Assembly: GCA_035627515.1 (NCBI GenBank)
Contig: DASPLQ010000012.1
Coordinates: forward strand, 714,331-778,330
DNA length: 64,000 nucleotides
Origin: Vitreimonas sp.
Lineage (GTDB): Bacteria > Patescibacteriota > Microgenomatia > UBA1400 > PJMF01
Direction: 5' to 3'
This document shows, piece after piece, positions 59,752 to 64,000 of this stretch. The translations under genes were made by a program, and so were the position numbers. Under the pieces are notes generated by a model that saw nothing but the letters and a program-made list of their open reading frames with translations, was not told the DNA's origin and did not search any database. Numbering within the stretch: position 1 is the stretch's first letter; each line of letters opens with the position of its first letter.

Positions 59752-59873
59752 ATTTAATTGATCTTATCATACTCAAGCGAGGAGTAACTTACTGAACTAT
59801 CATTCTCTTCTTAAATATCCTTGATATATGATCTGTAGAATCAAAACATTTACTGTTCTGAAATGATATTTGT

Positions 59874-60338
59874 ATGCAAGTTCCTAAAATTTCTACCCAA
59901 ACCCCAGCCATTACACCCCTTACTCCCGAGCAGGAAATAATCAGCAAAGTGGAGCCAAAATCAGAGGTGTTATTTGAAGCTCAAACGTTATTTCCCTTTG
60001 ATTTATTCCCGGCGTGTGTGACAGTGACGCCTACCAGCGTGACTGTGATAAATAAATATTTTTTTGGTCAGGAGCGGATTCAAACCATCGCAATCAAGGA
60101 TATCTTCACCATAGAGGTACAGACAGCTTTCTTTTTTGCCCGAGTACTTTTTTGGTATCGGCAAATGAATAACATGTTTGTCGGTGTTGATTACTTATCA
60201 AAAGCCAATGGCTTGCAGCTTCAAAAAATAGTTCAAGGGTTGATTATTGCCCAAAATGAAAATATCGATCCGAGTTTGTTGACACCTCGGCAAACTATTG
60301 AGCAAGTCCAAAAGTTGGTGCATGTCCAGGGTGTCTAG
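59874..60338 (+). CDS. hypothetical protein (154 aa)
   Basis: ORF with no firm motif. Confidence 0.35.
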   Translation: MQVPKISTQTPAITPLTPEQEIISKVEPKSEVLFEAQTLFPFDLFPACVTVTPTSVTVINKYFFGQERIQTIAIKDIFTIEVQTAFFFARVLFWYRQMNNMFVGVDYLSKANGLQLQKIVQGLIIAQNENIDPSLLTPRQTIEQVQKLVHVQGV

Positions 60339-60377
60339 CTATTTTAAGAATGTCTGCTATCATTAAGTACTAAATTA

Positions 60378-60938
60378 GTGCTTAGTATGGTTAATGATTC
60401 TAGTTTCACCCTTCTTCGGGAAAAAAAGTTACTTGATACTCCCTGGCTGAAGGTCACGGCTAATGATTATCAACTACCCAATCAGCAGCAGCTTCATGAG
60501 TATTACGTAGTCCAAGAAAAAAACGGCGTCACAGTTGTGCCCCTGACTACTAACAATGAAATATTAATCGTCAAACAATTTCGTCCTCCCATCAATGAAA
60601 TGTGTTATGACTTGCCCGGTGGATTAATTGATGCTGAAGGTATCGATCCACTTCTCCAAGCACAGCAAGAATTGCTACAGGAAACAGGTTATGCTACCAA
60701 AAATTGGATTAGCATTGGCAGTTTTTATCCAGCTCCTCATCGTTTGAGAAATTTCCAAGAATGTTATATTGCTAAAGATATTACCAAAATCGCTACCCCT
60801 AAGCTTGATAATACGGAAGTCGTGACATATGAATTAGTTGATTTGAATATTTTTGAACAGATGATTAAAGAAAACATTTTTAAGTGCAGTTACTGTATTA
60901 CTGCTTATTTTAAAGCTAAACTTTCTCTGGGAATTTAA
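60378..60938 (+). CDS. NUDIX hydrolase (ADP-ribose pyrophosphatase-like)
   Basis: Nudix box GGLIDAEGIDPLLQAQQELLQETGY. Confidence 0.7.
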   Translation: MLSMVNDSSFTLLREKKLLDTPWLKVTANDYQLPNQQQLHEYYVVQEKNGVTVVPLTTNNEILIVKQFRPPINEMCYDLPGGLIDAEGIDPLLQAQQELLQETGYATKNWISIGSFYPAPHRLRNFQECYIAKDITKIATPKLDNTEVVTYELVDLNIFEQMIKENIFKCSYCITAYFKAKLSLGI

Positions 60939-60954
60939 TTAACTAAAGTGTGGT

Positions 60955-62823
60955 TTGCATGATTTTTTAGTTGTTTTACGACTAATTAGATGCAGGTCAC
61001 TACTTATGGATATATTACTGACATTAATTTTAATTACTAGTCCGCTTATTTATGTCATAGGTTTGGGCTTAGTGGTAATTAAGTTTTTTTCCTTTTTAAG
61101 TAGCCGTACAGCTCCCACCCCGACGCATGCTTCCTCATCAATACATGCTTCTCATGTTTCCACGTCATACCCCAAAATCGTTAGCACTTCACATCATCAG
61201 GATAGCGCTAGGTGGTTAAGTTGGTGCCTTGGTTTTTTGTATGTATTGGTAGTTAATTGGTACGGCTGGCCTACCGGTTTGCAGTTAAGTATTATTTATA
61301 GCTTATGGCTGGGTGCCATTTTCTATATTAGTTTTGACCGCCAACTTGCACAGTCAAAGGTTTGGCAATTGATAATGGCTATCAGCTTGCTAATCGCTGG
61401 GTATGCAGCCCTCACGACTAATGTGTATCTTGATTTACTAAACAAGCTTAGTGTGTTGGGTGTGGGTTGGGCCAGTTTAATTTTCATCGCTCGTGGTACC
61501 TTGCCGAAAACCATAGGTGAAATGATTGCAGCCAGCTTCAACTTAATGAACTCACTCTTTATACATTTATTTGAGTGGTCAGCCAATCGGCGATTATTAG
61601 TCTTGCCTAACTGGAAATGGAGTTGGAAACAGGTATCCACCGAAAAATTAATTGGTTTTGCAATTGCCATCCCTTTGTTAACTATTTTTCATTGGCTATT
61701 TGCTCGAACTAACCAAGAGTATGCTCTTTTTGTCACTCAGCTTTTGCAGTGGATGTGGATGGTAATTAAGTTTATTTGGGAGTTAGATATTATTGAGCTG
61801 TTTATTAAGACACTCGTGACGAGCTTCATTTTTTATCAATGTTTTGATGTTAAAGCTATTCACAATCAAGCTAAGCTTTCTGACTCACAACAATTATCAC
61901 TCCAGTTATTTCACATTGTTATTTACTGTTGCATAGGGATCTTTGGTTTGTTTTCCTTCTTTCAGTCCCAACTACTGTTCATTAATTATGCCCAGGTCAC
62001 TTTTAAAGTGCTATCAACATATGTTATTCAAGGTTTTTGGGAGTTATTAGCAGCAGCTTTAATTGGGTACACAATAATTTTAGCTGTGTTATCTCAATTA
62101 ATCCAGAGCCGAGATAAAGAAACCGTTTACTCTCGTAGCTTATTAACCATATTTGCTATCGAGCTGATGTTAGTAATTTTATTTACTTTACATAAACTGG
62201 GAATACACCAACTTTTCTTTGGTTTCAAGGATCAGCGGCTATTAGCAACCGGCGCGGTGATATTAGTACTGATGACCTTTTTGATGTTACTGGGTCGGAT
62301 ATGGAAATATATTCAGCAGCAGCAGGTATTTGCAGTTCAGGTCGTTGCCACCCTCGCTATGATATTAGGCTTTAATGTTATGAACTTAGATTGGTTTATA
62401 ACTCGTTTCAACCCTGTTAGCTATTATCAGCAAGGGCAGAAATATAAAGATTACTCATATCTTTTAGGCAATTCGTACGATAACTACGGTGAGTGGGAGA
62501 AGTTAATTACTGAAATGGAGGTGGTGAAGCCACCTCAACCTGATACTGATCAGTACTACTATGGTTGGTATCCTTCACTATGCCAGTCTCGAGTCGATGC
62601 TGGTCCTTATGCGATGTACAATTTAAGCTCTAGTCGTACCAGCACTCACACATCATATTTAGAAAATAAATATCTCTACTTAGAACGTAAATACGGGACA
62701 AACTCGCCACGTGAGTTGCATCAAATATTTCAGTTTAATTGGCGTGAATACCAGGCTTTTCATGCTTGGCAACGCTTACAACCTCGCTTAACCACCGTAG
62801 TGACACAAATTTGTTCTCAATAA
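60955..62823 (+). CDS. large polytopic membrane protein (622 aa)
   Basis: More than 12 TM helices plus a C-terminal soluble domain of about 150 aa. Confidence 0.45.
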   Translation: MHDFLVVLRLIRCRSLLMDILLTLILITSPLIYVIGLGLVVIKFFSFLSSRTAPTPTHASSSIHASHVSTSYPKIVSTSHHQDSARWLSWCLGFLYVLVVNWYGWPTGLQLSIIYSLWLGAIFYISFDRQLAQSKVWQLIMAISLLIAGYAALTTNVYLDLLNKLSVLGVGWASLIFIARGTLPKTIGEMIAASFNLMNSLFIHLFEWSANRRLLVLPNWKWSWKQVSTEKLIGFAIAIPLLTIFHWLFARTNQEYALFVTQLLQWMWMVIKFIWELDIIELFIKTLVTSFIFYQCFDVKAIHNQAKLSDSQQLSLQLFHIVIYCCIGIFGLFSFFQSQLLFINYAQVTFKVLSTYVIQGFWELLAAALIGYTIILAVLSQLIQSRDKETVYSRSLLTIFAIELMLVILFTLHKLGIHQLFFGFKDQRLLATGAVILVLMTFLMLLGRIWKYIQQQQVFAVQVVATLAMILGFNVMNLDWFITRFNPVSYYQQGQKYKDYSYLLGNSYDNYGEWEKLITEMEVVKPPQPDTDQYYYGWYPSLCQSRVDAGPYAMYNLSSSRTSTHTSYLENKYLYLERKYGTNSPRELHQIFQFNWREYQAFHAWQRLQPRLTTVVTQICSQ

Positions 62824-62824
62824 T

Positions 62825-63901
62825 TTGGTACAATCGGTGGCTATGACGCATCAGCAAGCTATAGAACGCCGTGGCGTTTCCATTTTGAAAGGATTGGCAG
62901 TATTGCCAGTGGTCTTAATTCATACCATGGCGGCATTTCCAGCTTGGCTCTATGTAGATCAACCATGGAGTTTAGGGTCCGTTTTTATCGATCAGTTAGG
63001 CCGTTACTCAGTGCCTTTGTTCATTGCGCTGTCTGGCTATGGCTTGACCAAAAAGCATGCCTATCACAGCGTGCCATTTACTTCATACTTAGTCAGTCGT
63101 GTCACTAAGTTGTTGCCACTTTATATATTGTGGAGCTGGGGTTTATTTATATTTTTGAGTTCAGCTCCAGGATGGCATAGCGTGGGTGCAACCACAACTT
63201 TTTTTGACACCTTACTATGGGGCAGTGCTGATTATCATTTGTATTTTATCCCACTTATTTTGCAGTTATATTTATTGTTTCCCAGTATCAATAAACTAAG
63301 TGATAATGCCTTAAAAATAGCTATTGCCATCACCGGCTTAGTACAGTTTGTGGCTTTTGGTTTTTTAGAATTACTACGGACTCAAACAGTGGTCATCGAA
63401 AATATTTCGCCATTAATCTATTTTGATCAGTTGCAGTATTTGATAGCTCCTAGTTGGTTGGTTTATTTTTTGTTAGGATGCTGGATGGCTCGTACACAGG
63501 TACAAAAATCATCTCTGTATGAGCGCGCTTCAGAATTTGGATTAGGATTTTCTCTCATCATAGCCACCGCTCAAAGTTTGTATTTATTACAAACTGAAAC
63601 CAATGTGCCAGTTACCACTCGTTTTACGAGAGTGGCAGTCTTAGCGTATGCGCTGATAGCTGTTTACTGGTTATTGAGTAAGGTCAATAAAATAGGTGAG
63701 TGGCAAGGTAAGCTCAGCTCACTATTAAAATCACTCGGTGACAACTCATTTTTAATTTATTTAAGCCACACGCTTATTATTCGGTTAGTGATTGGGGTTT
63801 ATTTTAAGCCTTTATCAAGTATTTTGTGGTTAGAAGGGGTGCTATTTGTAGGATTGCTGATTTGGGTATCAAAACTAATTTCAGGCCGAGAATCAGCTTA
63901 G
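62825..63901 (+). CDS. acyltransferase family 3 (OafA/YrhL-like) membrane O-acyltransferase
   Basis: Conserved N-terminal His in the VLPVVLIHTM block and about 10 TM helices; 358 aa. Confidence 0.7.
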   Translation: MVQSVAMTHQQAIERRGVSILKGLAVLPVVLIHTMAAFPAWLYVDQPWSLGSVFIDQLGRYSVPLFIALSGYGLTKKHAYHSVPFTSYLVSRVTKLLPLYILWSWGLFIFLSSAPGWHSVGATTTFFDTLLWGSADYHLYFIPLILQLYLLFPSINKLSDNALKIAIAITGLVQFVAFGFLELLRTQTVVIENISPLIYFDQLQYLIAPSWLVYFLLGCWMARTQVQKSSLYERASEFGLGFSLIIATAQSLYLLQTETNVPVTTRFTRVAVLAYALIAVYWLLSKVNKIGEWQGKLSSLLKSLGDNSFLIYLSHTLIIRLVIGVYFKPLSSILWLEGVLFVGLLIWVSKLISGRESA

Positions 63902-64000
63902 CACCAGATACTATGTCACGACCAGCTAATCTTACTGATTGCTATCGTTTAATAGCCGCCATATGTATTGTATGGTTGCATAGTAGCTTCGTGCTAAAGT

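Overview
The window is a 64-kb bacterial chromosome segment of unidentified lineage. By eye, GC is moderate in the core genes (about 45%). There is no CRISPR array, no recognisable integrase or transposase, and no rRNA.

Core housekeeping genes are well supported by motifs:
- trxB 3' fragment
- malic enzyme
- glutamate dehydrogenase
- rpoD
- a PIF1/RecD-like helicase
- tRNA-Asn(GTT)
- a class-II UvrA paralog
- an ABC-F ATPase
- truB
- trhO
- hflX
- greA
- a DEAD-box helicase

The main finding is a roughly 12-kb, visibly AT-rich island beginning directly at the 3' end of tRNA-Asn (about 8046 to 19970). It holds three degenerate direct copies of the tRNA 3' half plus its downstream flank, at 8806-8842, 13039-13075 and 15378-15412. 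The pattern suggests serial insertions at this tRNA, but no integrase is present.

The island contains a solo OLD-family nuclease of 666 aa with an ABC ATPase N-terminus and a TOPRIM C-terminus. It is the most AT-rich gene in the window and a strong candidate anti-phage gene; it could be a class-1 OLD, GajA-like without GajB, or a fused PARIS-like protein. Also in the island are a convergent pair of orphan proteins (207 aa and 524 aa), a TrmB/YqgA/CsaA module, and a YwqK-like MORN peptide.

Other items outside the island:
- a eukaryotic-like Ser/Thr kinase with variant catalytic motifs
- a HAD-NUDIX fusion
- tandem paralogous lipase-like hydrolases
- four PhnB-type VOC proteins, one of them internally duplicated
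- an ABC-F ATPase co-oriented with a 673-aa polytopic membrane protein
- several large membrane proteins that may be GT-C glycosyltransferases
- a 540-nt AT-rich non-coding tract after rpoD
- a small gene remnant

The rest of the window is a Firmicutes-style mixture of small DUF and stress genes. Nothing here was compared against databases, so all product calls rest on motifs read from the translations.
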